Assembly (NCBI GenBank): GCA_016840065.1
Contig: JAEOTB010000107.1
Span: 1-12,038 of the forward strand
DNA: 12,038 nt
Origin: Candidatus Hermodarchaeota archaeon
GTDB taxonomy: Archaea; Asgardarchaeota; Hermodarchaeia; Hermodarchaeales; Hermodarchaeaceae
Direction: 5' to 3'
Part shown: piece by piece, positions 1-8,117 of the stretch
How positions within the stretch are numbered: position 1 is the stretch's first letter
Layout of the letters: each line of letters opens with the position of its first letter
Translations under genes and position numbers: made by a program
Notes under the pieces: generated by a model
Told to the model about the DNA's origin: nothing
The model's input: the letters and a program-made list of their open reading frames with translations, nothing else
Databases searched by the model: none

Positions 1-134
1 AATTTTAGGCGAAGTTCTGCAAGTTCTGGAACGGCTCCATCCTCACCAATCCCCCACCAGACCCTCAATCTCCGTTCGCGTCCAGCAGCTTTTACCTCTC
101 CTCGGTTTTCTTTATCGTCGCCACTGGCGGACAG
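1..134 (-). CDS. Partial CDS (N-terminus) running off the left edge, hypothetical protein
   Basis: The minus-strand frame is open from CTG at 134 to the window edge (LSASGDDKENRGEVKAAGRERRLRVWWGIGEDGAVPELAELRLK...). An AGGGTG SD-like motif precedes it, and it is divergent from the gene at 304. The start codon is uncertain. Confidence 0.35.
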   Translation of the reverse strand, partial: MSASGDDKENRGEVKAAGRERRLRVWWGIGEDGAVPELAELRLK

Positions 135-303
135 GCTACACCCTAGAGAGTGAAGCTGCCCTCAAACGTTTCGCTTACCAGTACCTTAGCGGGCAAATAC
201 CCAGCTTCGAGTAAATCATCTCGAGAAGCGATTACTATCTTTGGCAAGGTTTTTGAAGACAACTTCACTAGGTACTGTGTAGCTTAGTTAGGAGAATAAT
301 CCC

Positions 304-1203
304 TTGAAGCTCGATGGTGTCGTGGTAATCGATTCCGAATCCGGTATTCCCCTCTTCTCCCAAGTGAAGTCAAGTATTCCTCCAGCGCTTTTCTCTGGGT
401 TTATGAAGGCTATTCAGAATTTCTCGAAGGATATTGCACTAGGCGGACTTTCCTCCTTCACAACTGAGGAGAACCGAGTATTCCTTGCAGTCCGCTCGTT
501 TGTGGATGTAGCAGTAATTACGCCGCGCGACGAAGAAACAGAGGTCATCCTTTCACTTGCATATCAGTTGGGTGAGGCCTTTGAGAAGGAATACCCAGAA
601 CCAGTTTCACACGATGTTTCGCTGTACAAAGGTTTTGGTTCTATAATCGATGATATCGTCATGAGGAATGAGCAGCCCTTTCTTGTACGTGTGGCTATTT
701 TTGCACAAAAAGAGATGGGGGGCAACATATCTGTCCAGCCGCTTCTCAGGACACAAGAAGGGGAAGATATTCAGATTGATGTAGTTGTGGATTTCGGAGA
801 GAGGCGGGATAAAGGCGGAATCGGTGGGAGAATTATCCATAGTAGAACCAAAGCCTTCTCCAAGGAATTAACATTCATCAAAGTAGTGGATGGGACAGCT
901 GGTAGAGGAGAGGTTATAGAGTTTATAGAAACCGTTCAGCGGTTTGGGACCACACATAGAGCCAAGGGGGAAGAGGGAACTTTTCCATTCTTTCCATCCA
1001 GAGCTGCTATCGTGGCGAGAGATTTTTCACCGACTGTTTTCGAAGAACTCGAGAAATTAGAGAAAATTAAAGGAAAGACGTTTGTGGCTCCCTCCTATGC
1101 TCCAAGGCCCTTCCGTCATAAAAGGGCACCAATGCTAATGAAGTGCCTTATCGAGCTTTGGAAATGGCACGACAGCAAGTATCCTGAGCGCATCTTTGAC
1201 TAG
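304..1203 (+). CDS. Longin-like domain fused to a degenerate PD-(D/E)xK/Mrr-like domain
   Basis: 299-aa ORF with a TTG start after AGGAG. Residues ~1-120 (VVVID-SGIPLFS...LFSGFMKAIQNFSKDI...LAYQLGEAFEKEY...FGSIIDDIV) follow the pattern of Asgard longin/roadblock-like domains. Residues ~125-250 follow the Mrr_cat secondary-structure order (helix, IDVVV, FIKVV, G-EV-EF helix, AAIVARDFS). Confidence 0.65.
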   Translation: MKLDGVVVIDSESGIPLFSQVKSSIPPALFSGFMKAIQNFSKDIALGGLSSFTTEENRVFLAVRSFVDVAVITPRDEETEVILSLAYQLGEAFEKEYPEPVSHDVSLYKGFGSIIDDIVMRNEQPFLVRVAIFAQKEMGGNISVQPLLRTQEGEDIQIDVVVDFGERRDKGGIGGRIIHSRTKAFSKELTFIKVVDGTAGRGEVIEFIETVQRFGTTHRAKGEEGTFPFFPSRAAIVARDFSPTVFEELEKLEKIKGKTFVAPSYAPRPFRHKRAPMLMKCLIELWKWHDSKYPERIFD

Positions 1204-1222
1204 CTGAACCTGAAAGCTAGGG

Positions 1223-1759
1223 CTAGGTTGGCTTGAATTCTTCTGCAAGGATATCCATCAGGAACACGTCTGTGTATTTTCCGTCCAAGAATTCAGCCTG
1301 ACGGTAGCGGGCGACCTGCTGGAAACCGACCTTCAGGTAGGAACGAATTGCCCTTTTGTTTTTCTCGTTAACTCGTAGATAGACACGGTGTAGGTTCAGG
1401 TATTTGAAGCCATATTCGAGGAGTAACCGCAGGGCTTCGGTTCCGAGTCCCTGTCCCCAGTATTGCTTATTGAAGATGACGATTCCCATCTCGGCTCCCC
1501 GATGGATTGGGCTTATGTCCGTGAGTTCACAGCATCCTATTAGCAGTTGGCTCTTATTCAGTTCAATCCCAAAGACATGACCTCTCCCGCTCTTGCGCTT
1601 AGCCCAAGTGCTACGTATCCATTCTTCCTCTTCCTGCTTTGAGACGGGTCTTGGTCCTCCGATGAAGCGGCGAACCTCCGCGTCGTTGAAATGCTCGAAG
1701 GCCTCCTCAGCGTCTTCGAGTTCCAGGCCACGGAGTGTAACATGCTTTCCCTTCAACAA
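1223..1759 (-). CDS. GNAT N-acetyltransferase, RimJ/RimL family
   Basis: Starts LKGKHVTLRGLE. Contains AEMGIVI, the acetyl-CoA motif YWGQGLGTEAL, LNLHRVYLRV, N-RAIRSYLKVGF and DGKYTDVFLM. A GAGGTG SD precedes the TTG start. Confidence 0.93.
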   Translation of the reverse strand: MLKGKHVTLRGLELEDAEEAFEHFNDAEVRRFIGGPRPVSKQEEEEWIRSTWAKRKSGRGHVFGIELNKSQLLIGCCELTDISPIHRGAEMGIVIFNKQYWGQGLGTEALRLLLEYGFKYLNLHRVYLRVNEKNKRAIRSYLKVGFQQVARYRQAEFLDGKYTDVFLMDILAEEFKPT

Positions 1760-1931
1760 GGAGGAACACCTCTTGGTTACCTTGAATGGTTCTCAAATCT
1801 GAATTCAACTTAACTCTTTCTCTACCTTCGCACCGTTGATGTCGCGGTTAGAAAGTTACCTTTTTCACTTACTGCGAAAGTAGGCATTAGGTTTTTCATT
1901 ATCAAATACATAAACATGGATGGTGATTATC

Positions 1932-2126
1932 TTGACTGAAAACCTAATTGTAGATGCTGGTAAGTTAGTTAAAGGCTTAGTTAGTCCTCAGGATCTGACT
2001 GCAACCTATATTTTGCTAAGGCATATGAGACCCTTAAGGCTCGTCCAAGCAGCCAACCTGTTAGTGAAGTATGGGTGGCGAGCTGTTGGGTTTGGACAAG
2101 GCACCGTCATGATGGAGCGAATGTAG
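1932..2126 (+). CDS. Small hypothetical protein (C-terminus loosely DUF4177-like)
   Basis: Open frame 1920-2126. The likely start is TTG 1932, after a GGTGAT SD. The C-terminus ANLLVKYGWRAVGF...VMMER resembles the N-x4-GW..V...(K/E)R pattern. Confidence 0.6.
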   Translation: MTENLIVDAGKLVKGLVSPQDLTATYILLRHMRPLRLVQAANLLVKYGWRAVGFGQGTVMMERM

Positions 2127-2184
2127 AAAGCTGCACTCAATGGGCGGCTGATGCATTGGTTCTACCAGTATCCTTGTTCTAGTT

Positions 2185-2718
2185 CTATCTGGGGCGGTTC
2201 CATCCACCCATTACGCGGATTACGTGGCCGCTGAAGGTGCAAACTAGGATGAAGGGGAAGGCTATGACTAAGAAGAATGTGAGACTGTTTAGATAAAGAA
2301 TCCAGAAGCCCAGAGTTGTTTCAGGGAGTATTGCATACCAGTCTGGGCTGACCCCGTAGACGTCTTGCCACTGGGGGATAAGGCTAGAGGCGTAAGCAGG
2401 ATTCTGGATGAGGAGCACATGAATGATGAATCCGTTGAGGATAAGGAAAAGGATTGGCCCAAATATCCCTGCAACCAAGGCGTCCTTGGTCTCAAAGTTC
2501 ATGAGGAGCCCGACAAGGAATGAGACACCGGCGAACATGCCGACATAGAACCAGAAATCTGACCCAGCAGTTGCGCTCATGTAACTGACGAGATAGGTGA
2601 ACTTTGTACCGAATACCATTAGGTGTAGCCAGTCCACTCCAACATAGATCAATGCAAGAATCACTGTGAATAACAGTGTGTGTTTCCAAGTGATTGGGTG
2701 TTTCATGTCTTGTGCCAT
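2185..2718 (-). CDS. Integral membrane hypothetical protein (about 4 TM helices)
   Basis: 177-aa ORF with four long hydrophobic segments. A TTTATAAA box lies about 55 nt upstream. Confidence 0.8.
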   Translation of the reverse strand: MAQDMKHPITWKHTLLFTVILALIYVGVDWLHLMVFGTKFTYLVSYMSATAGSDFWFYVGMFAGVSFLVGLLMNFETKDALVAGIFGPILFLILNGFIIHVLLIQNPAYASSLIPQWQDVYGVSPDWYAILPETTLGFWILYLNSLTFFLVIAFPFILVCTFSGHVIRVMGGWNRPR

Positions 2719-2769
2719 AGCTAATCACGATGGTCCTTTTGTGTACGTTTCAGTTTGTGTGGGGCTTGT

Positions 2770-2780
2770 GTTTATAAAGC
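2770..2780. promoter_or_regulatory. Palindromic TATA box (TTTATAAA) in a divergent intergenic region
   Basis: gtttataaagc lies between the divergent genes at 2718(-) and 2845(+) and reads TTTATAAA on both strands. Confidence 0.45.
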
Positions 2781-2844
2781 TCGTGAAATAAGCAATAATT
2801 TAAGGGTGCACTTATCTTTAATTGCCTGTTGTTGGTAGCGCGAG

Positions 2845-4254
2845 ATGGTTGTTATGGTTCAACTTCGGAGGAAAAGATTGTGGTATGTTTTCGCCCTCTT
2901 GCTTCTAGTCCTAACCATACTGAACTGGTTCGGTATTCGAGAAAGAGACAACACTAGTATATTCCCCTTTCCTGGAGCAGAGGGTGTCGTCATCGGTGAT
3001 GTTGATTGGACCTATAATGGTTCTGAGGTCGTAGTCTTTTCTCCCTCCCACGTATTTGCAGTCGGTGGTTTTAGCCAAGTTGTACAACAGGACACCGTCT
3101 ATTACCACACAGATTGGCTAACCGATCCCATTGTTGAGGTTGCCATCGGAGAATTCGACTTGAATGTGACCGATCAAGAAATAATCGTCTTGACCGAGAA
3201 TGGCAATCTACTACTACTGAATAAAGAAAGTGGTGCCTGGACTTTGACCAACCTTGTGAGCCTTCCCTGGTCTACTCCAGTGTGGACAACAAGAGCTCTG
3301 GCTTGTGGTGATTTAGACCCAGTTACTCAAGGCATGGAGATAGCGGTTGTGGGAGAAAAGTATAACTGGACATCCTTGACCCGGACAGACCATGTATTGA
3401 TTGCCAATCGCCCAGATAATGTTTCCTGGCAGGTTGCCAGTGTCTATTCAGAATCCGGTACTCTATTATCTGCGGCGGTAGGGGATTTGAACACTACCCT
3501 GTCTGATGAGCTTGTTTTCGGTGGGAGCCAGGCTTCTGTGAACGTCCTGACTGGCGAGAATAATACCTGGCAGGTAGATGAGCTATTTTCCTGGTCAGGA
3601 GCTGCCATCGAGTCCTTAACCATCGGTGAATTTAGTGCGCTCCACCCAGAAAACGAGATTGGTGTGGCGATCGGAGGACACGTTTTCACTCTCCACTTGG
3701 CTGGTAGTTCGTGGGAACCAAGACAGGTCTGGCACGGAGACTCTATCGCTGGTTTCATGAGCAGCGTCGATGCTGGTGACCTTGATCCCACTCATCCTGG
3801 TGATGAGATGCTCACTACTTGTACGAGTGTGGCTTCTGGACTCAACTTCTACATACTCGAGCCTTTCCCTAGATGGGTAGGGAATCGTCCCTTTTGGTTT
3901 ATTCCTGCGCTCCCCAATGATGTTGCAGTTGGTGACTTTGATGCTCTACATCTAGGAGCCGAAATCGTTGTTGTCACTGATGATGACTTTCAGGTGCTTT
4001 CGAATCCGAACTTCTTTGACCGCGCCCTCCGTGTGGCATCAGGTGTCTTCCTACCTGCAATAATCTTGTTCCCTGCTGCTGCGGTTCTCTTTGCTGTCGC
4101 TGATCGTATCAATCGTGTTGCCACCGAACGGCGCGACCACTATGCAATGGAAATGCGTGCTAAAGGCTACATCCGCTGTCCAAGGTGCAAGCGCTTTGTA
4201 TCAAAAGAGGACATGGAGAAACACCAAAAAGCTCACAGGTCTTTCTTCTACTAG
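2845..4254 (+). CDS. Membrane-anchored FG-GAP/VCBS-like beta-propeller protein with a C-terminal C2H2 zinc finger
   Basis: N-terminal basic plus hydrophobic signal/anchor. Seven G(D/E)hD...Ehhh repeats. Seven N-x-S/T sequons (NTS, NGS, NVT, NWT, NVS, NTT, NNT). A TM helix (VASGVFLPAIILFPAAAVLFAVA) is followed by the tail CPRC-x11-H-x3-H. Confidence 0.85.
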   Translation: MVVMVQLRRKRLWYVFALLLLVLTILNWFGIRERDNTSIFPFPGAEGVVIGDVDWTYNGSEVVVFSPSHVFAVGGFSQVVQQDTVYYHTDWLTDPIVEVAIGEFDLNVTDQEIIVLTENGNLLLLNKESGAWTLTNLVSLPWSTPVWTTRALACGDLDPVTQGMEIAVVGEKYNWTSLTRTDHVLIANRPDNVSWQVASVYSESGTLLSAAVGDLNTTLSDELVFGGSQASVNVLTGENNTWQVDELFSWSGAAIESLTIGEFSALHPENEIGVAIGGHVFTLHLAGSSWEPRQVWHGDSIAGFMSSVDAGDLDPTHPGDEMLTTCTSVASGLNFYILEPFPRWVGNRPFWFIPALPNDVAVGDFDALHLGAEIVVVTDDDFQVLSNPNFFDRALRVASGVFLPAIILFPAAAVLFAVADRINRVATERRDHYAMEMRAKGYIRCPRCKRFVSKEDMEKHQKAHRSFFY

Positions 4255-4323
4255 AAAACTAAGCGACCCGTAGTTCCGCTATACTAAAGGATTAAGCTCG
4301 AACCCTTTGTAGGTGAAACAGGA

Positions 4324-4629
4324 TTGAATATCGAGTTGAAAGGAAAAGACAAGGAAGGAAGAATAGAACGAATCGATCTGGAAGAGGCCTTGGAGAATCC
4401 CTCCATCCTTTTCCTGGAGAAGGAAGAACCAGAGATTGCGACCTGCTACAGAGTCACTGTTGAAAGACTGAAAGTAAGTTTTGTCATCTCAGAGGGATAT
4501 GCAAAGAGGATTGGGGAAGCCATCAAAGCAGTTGACAGTAAGGCAGACGTCGATGGACTAACGCAGCTTTTCCTTCTACTTCAAGCAAAGATGCTTGCCT
4601 CTTTGGGAGCCACTACTTCTAACGAATGA
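4324..4629 (+). CDS. Hypothetical protein
   Basis: 101-aa ORF with a TTG start after an AGGTGA SD and protein-like composition. Its 3' end overlaps the convergent gene by 11 bp. Confidence 0.7.
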   Translation: MNIELKGKDKEGRIERIDLEEALENPSILFLEKEEPEIATCYRVTVERLKVSFVISEGYAKRIGEAIKAVDSKADVDGLTQLFLLLQAKMLASLGATTSNE

Positions 4630-5710
4630 GGACATTACCGGGAAGTGTTTTGAGAAGGCTGGCTGCTTCTTCAATTATACTTCTAACGAGTTGCTTCACC
4701 GTTGGTAAATCCGTGATGCGACCAGTCACCTCTCCTCCAAACATCAGTGCGGTATCCTCTTTACCGTCCATTAGATCCACGAAGCCTTGTTGTTCTAGCT
4801 TGAGGATTGCTGAGTTTGATTCAACTGGGTCGCCTAAGTAGAAACGGGGCGCATCTGATAGGGTCTGTTCCACAATTTTCTCTGCGCAGTTGTTTCGAAG
4901 GAATCGCATGGGACCGAAGAGTCCCCGGGCCACCAGGGTCTGCCGCTCTTCACGTTTTATGATAGCCTCCTTCCAGACTGGCTGGAAATCACTTTCCTTT
5001 GTGGCGATGAACCTGGTTCCCAGCTGAACACCTATTGCCCCCAGGCAAAGGGCGGCAGCGAGTGAGGCACCATCACAGAAGCCGCCAGCTGCTACCACTG
5101 GAGTTTTCACTGCTCTAGCCACAGCGGGTACCAGAACCATTGAATGAACGGGATCCCAGGCACAGTGTGCTCCACCTTCGTGACCTGATGCGATTATTAC
5201 ATCAGCCCCCGCGCTTTCTGCTTTCTTTGCGTGATACACTGAAGGTACAACATGGAGCCATAGTAGCCCATGCTCTTTGACTTTCGCCCAGGGTTTAGGG
5301 TTGCCCGCAGATGTGACTATTACACGGAGCTGGCGTTCTGTATCGGAGTCTGCCTCCCGTGCTTCGATGACCTGTTTGACAAACATCTGCGAAGCTATCA
5401 AGAATTCAGAAGCTACTGGCACATTCACACCAAATATGGCGCGAGATGATCTGGTTGCCTTTGTCACAGCTTCTATGGATTTCTGGAGAAGTACCAAGGG
5501 CGGGTCATCACCAAACATCCGCTTAGCATCCACTGGTGCTGCCTCAGGTAGTAGGGTGGCAGCCATTCCAATTGTGCTTATCACCCCTAGTGCCCCAGCG
5601 TTTGATACTGCGATGGCTAGGTCTTCAGTCTTATAGGGACCCATTCCTCCTTGGAGAATGGGATGGGGTATTCCCAGAAGGTCACAGAGTTCAGTGCGAA
5701 GAACAGACAT
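4619..5710 (-). CDS. Nitronate monooxygenase / FabK-like FMN-dependent oxidoreductase
   Basis: Motifs LRTELCDLLGIPHPILQGGMG, LAIAVSNAGALGVI, FGVN, AGADVIIASGHEGGAH, PVVAAGGFCDG, ALCLGAIGVQLGTRFIATKES and GRITDLPTVKQLV. Confidence 0.93.
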   Translation of the reverse strand: MSVLRTELCDLLGIPHPILQGGMGPYKTEDLAIAVSNAGALGVISTIGMAATLLPEAAPVDAKRMFGDDPPLVLLQKSIEAVTKATRSSRAIFGVNVPVASEFLIASQMFVKQVIEAREADSDTERQLRVIVTSAGNPKPWAKVKEHGLLWLHVVPSVYHAKKAESAGADVIIASGHEGGAHCAWDPVHSMVLVPAVARAVKTPVVAAGGFCDGASLAAALCLGAIGVQLGTRFIATKESDFQPVWKEAIIKREERQTLVARGLFGPMRFLRNNCAEKIVEQTLSDAPRFYLGDPVESNSAILKLEQQGFVDLMDGKEDTALMFGGEVTGRITDLPTVKQLVRSIIEEAASLLKTLPGNVLIR

Positions 5711-5838
5711 GTCTAAAACTGGGCTACACTGTTCTTTAACAGTTTGTACACGATTAGATTCCCTGAGTCCAGGGGAATAATGATAGTGTGGTGAATCTGA
5801 AAAACTCGAGATTAAATGCCTTGCAGGTTGTTGTGACT

Positions 5839-5850
5839 GAAACTTTATAA
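5839..5850 (+). promoter_or_regulatory. BRE/TATA promoter of the 5909 gene
   Basis: gaaacTTTATAA matches the archaeal BRE-TATA consensus. A GAGGAG SD follows just before ATG 5909. Confidence 0.55.
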
Positions 5851-5908
5851 CGAATTTATACGGAAGGTCTAGTGGATTTCCTTGTATGTTTGAGGAGAAT
5901 GAATAATC

Positions 5909-6547
5909 ATGTCAGCTAGAATCGGCGGCGGTGGAGCCTCAGGCGCTGCAACTTTTCGATCAATGGAAGGGCAGATTCCCTTCCTCGTTTCAAGCCTCCA
6001 GGGTTGTCTGCGCTGGATTCAGGAATCCCAAAAGGAACTTGAGGACATCAGCAGCAAGTTGGGACGACATGTTGCAAAGCATGAGTGGAGAGCCTTGGTT
6101 ATTGAAACGAAGGCAATTGTTGAAAGGCAGGAGAAACACCGTCTTACCATCAAGCAGGACCTTCAGAAGGTCGGGGATGCCCTACAAGAAATGCACGGGG
6201 CTGTTGAAGATTTTCATGGTTCTAGTGGTAGGCTCGATGAAGAATGGAAAACTCGATTAAATCAATTGCTTAGTGGTATTCACAGAATCAGGAACCTAGT
6301 ACACAGGAGCGTTTCCATATCAGAAAAAGCGTCCAAAGCCTTAGCTGAATGGACCTACACTGGGAACCCAGATGACGGGATTACAGAAGTTGACCAGCAG
6401 AGAGAACAGGTTAGAGAAACCCGCCAGGAAATGAGTTCTGCTTTTCAAAAAGCAAATGAACAATACGAGCAATTCACAAAGACCCTAATCTCTGTGATAA
6501 AGCTCTTGCAAGAAATACGGATGGGCCTTACCAGCCGTCTAGCATGA
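5909..6547 (+). CDS. All-alpha coiled-coil hypothetical protein (paralog A)
   Basis: 212-aa ORF with a good SD, heptad-like periodicity and a Gly-rich N-terminus. It aligns without gaps to the 7448 protein over residues 69-130. Confidence 0.85.
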   Translation: MSARIGGGGASGAATFRSMEGQIPFLVSSLQGCLRWIQESQKELEDISSKLGRHVAKHEWRALVIETKAIVERQEKHRLTIKQDLQKVGDALQEMHGAVEDFHGSSGRLDEEWKTRLNQLLSGIHRIRNLVHRSVSISEKASKALAEWTYTGNPDDGITEVDQQREQVRETRQEMSSAFQKANEQYEQFTKTLISVIKLLQEIRMGLTSRLA

Positions 6548-6624
6548 TTATATAGTAGGGAAGATATCCACCTACAGTTTCGGTTTCTATGCTGAAATGA
6601 CAAGGTAATTTGAGGTGGATGTAT

Positions 6625-7344
6625 TTGCTAGAGAAAGTTCTGAAGAAAATCGCGCACCTTAAACGCTCGACTTGGTTGCCAAAAGTGGAGGAGGGCGATG
6701 GAGGCCTGTCAGACTCCAAGTTTGCTGGGAAGCCCTGGCTCAACAATGACGAAGAGTGGCCCAAATGCCCGATATGTGAGAATCCTATGCAATTCTTCCT
6801 ACAGCTCAACCTCGAAAAACTACCTAAGGAAACAAGAGACCAATTTGGTAAGGGGATCCTACAGATGTTTTACTGCATGAACTGTGAACCAGATTGCTGC
6901 GAAGTACTAGCTAATGCTTGGGAACCCTTTGCCAAATCCGAGCTCATCAGGGTCATCGAGCCAAAAGAGCCAGCAGAAGGAATTGAGGTGCCCAAGTTTG
7001 AACACCCTTTTCCGTCAAAGAGAATCGTGGGATGGGAGGAAAAAGACGACTACCCCCACTACTATGATCTACACAACATGGGTGTGAAGCTAGAAGCTGA
7101 AGAGATTGCACTCTTAGAAGCCGCCCATTATCCACTAGAGGGAGAAAAACTAGCAGGTTACCCCTACTGGGTGCAAAGCCCAGAGTACCCGAATTGCCCA
7201 ATCTGCAAGAAAAGGATGGAATTTGTCTTCCAGATCGACTCTGAGAAGAACTTACCTCATATGTGGGGTGACGTAGGTGTCGGTCACATTACCCAGTGCC
7301 CCGAACATAAGACCCAACTCGCCTTTGGATGGGCTTGTCACTAG
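6625..7344 (+). CDS. YwqG/DUF1963 family (TYPP-domain) protein
   Basis: Internally duplicated motif SKFAGKPW...WPKCPICENPMQFFLQLN / EKLAGYPYWVQ...YPNCPICKKRMEFVFQIDS, plus GILQMFYC and MWGDVGVGHI. The likely start is TTG 6625 after GAGGTG (the ORF track starts it at 6610). Confidence 0.88.
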   Translation: MLEKVLKKIAHLKRSTWLPKVEEGDGGLSDSKFAGKPWLNNDEEWPKCPICENPMQFFLQLNLEKLPKETRDQFGKGILQMFYCMNCEPDCCEVLANAWEPFAKSELIRVIEPKEPAEGIEVPKFEHPFPSKRIVGWEEKDDYPHYYDLHNMGVKLEAEEIALLEAAHYPLEGEKLAGYPYWVQSPEYPNCPICKKRMEFVFQIDSEKNLPHMWGDVGVGHITQCPEHKTQLAFGWACH

Positions 7345-7447
7345 CAGGAAACCATTCCCTGAGAGTTTATACCTGATTCAATGGGTATTAGCCTAAATTA
7401 ATAAACCCTGAAATAAGAAGTCTATTACAAGATTTGATTAATAATCG

Positions 7448-8107
7448 GTGACTTCTTTGCCATCTGCAGAAGGAATTGTAAAAGACTCAATAAAGACCGT
7501 ATCCAAAGACTTGGATAAGGTTCGTGACCGAGTCAAGAAATTCTTGAAGGACCAACGAGATCTCATGAAGAGATGGGTTAAGCTTCGTGTGTGGAAACGG
7601 GAAAAATCCTTCTTCTTCTCTAATCCAGGACGACAGAAGAGGAGGATGGAGGCGCTGGTCAAGCGACAGAAAAACGAAGAGCACGAGATGAAGCGTGCAA
7701 TTCAGAAGCTAGCGTCGAACATCGAAAGACTTCAGGAAAACATGGATGAACATCAGCTGGAATCAGGCGCTTTCGCCTATGAATGGGGCAAGAGATTCAA
7801 GAAACTGACCGACAAGCTCGACGAGATCAGAGAGATTGCTGAGGAAGTTGAAAACTCCTTCCAGCAAATGACCGGGGACGAGGAATACATTGACTGGTGG
7901 GCAACAATAAGGAACTGGTACAAAGATATCTGGAAAGACCCCCAAATGGATACTGATGAAAAGTACCGTGCCTGGCGGGCTCACAGCACCAGCGACAAAG
8001 CCAAGTTCGATTCGGAAACGGGTTTCATCTTTTGCGTTCTCCGTGATATCGTCGCCTATCTCCTAGAAAAGACCGAAGAATTCAAGAAAATACTCTACGC
8101 CCTCTAG
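7448..8107 (+). CDS. All-alpha coiled-coil hypothetical protein (paralog B)
   Basis: 219-aa charged helical ORF with a GTG start and an AT-rich TTAATAAA box upstream. It shares the AhVxRQ...QK...SG-x4-EW-x2-R...IR pattern with the 5909 protein. Confidence 0.85.
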   Translation: MTSLPSAEGIVKDSIKTVSKDLDKVRDRVKKFLKDQRDLMKRWVKLRVWKREKSFFFSNPGRQKRRMEALVKRQKNEEHEMKRAIQKLASNIERLQENMDEHQLESGAFAYEWGKRFKKLTDKLDEIREIAEEVENSFQQMTGDEEYIDWWATIRNWYKDIWKDPQMDTDEKYRAWRAHSTSDKAKFDSETGFIFCVLRDIVAYLLEKTEEFKKILYAL

Positions 8108-8117
8108 CCAAGAAAGT

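Noticed and set aside
120-129. GCCACTGGCG shared with 10506-10515
   Set aside because: A 10-bp match inside a probable coding frame, compatible with chance.
5909-8107. Assigning the helical proteins to WXG100 or ESCRT-III/PspA
   Set aside because: They have no central W-x-G motif, are about twice the WXG100 length, and show no recognisable Snf7/PspA motifs. Left unassigned.
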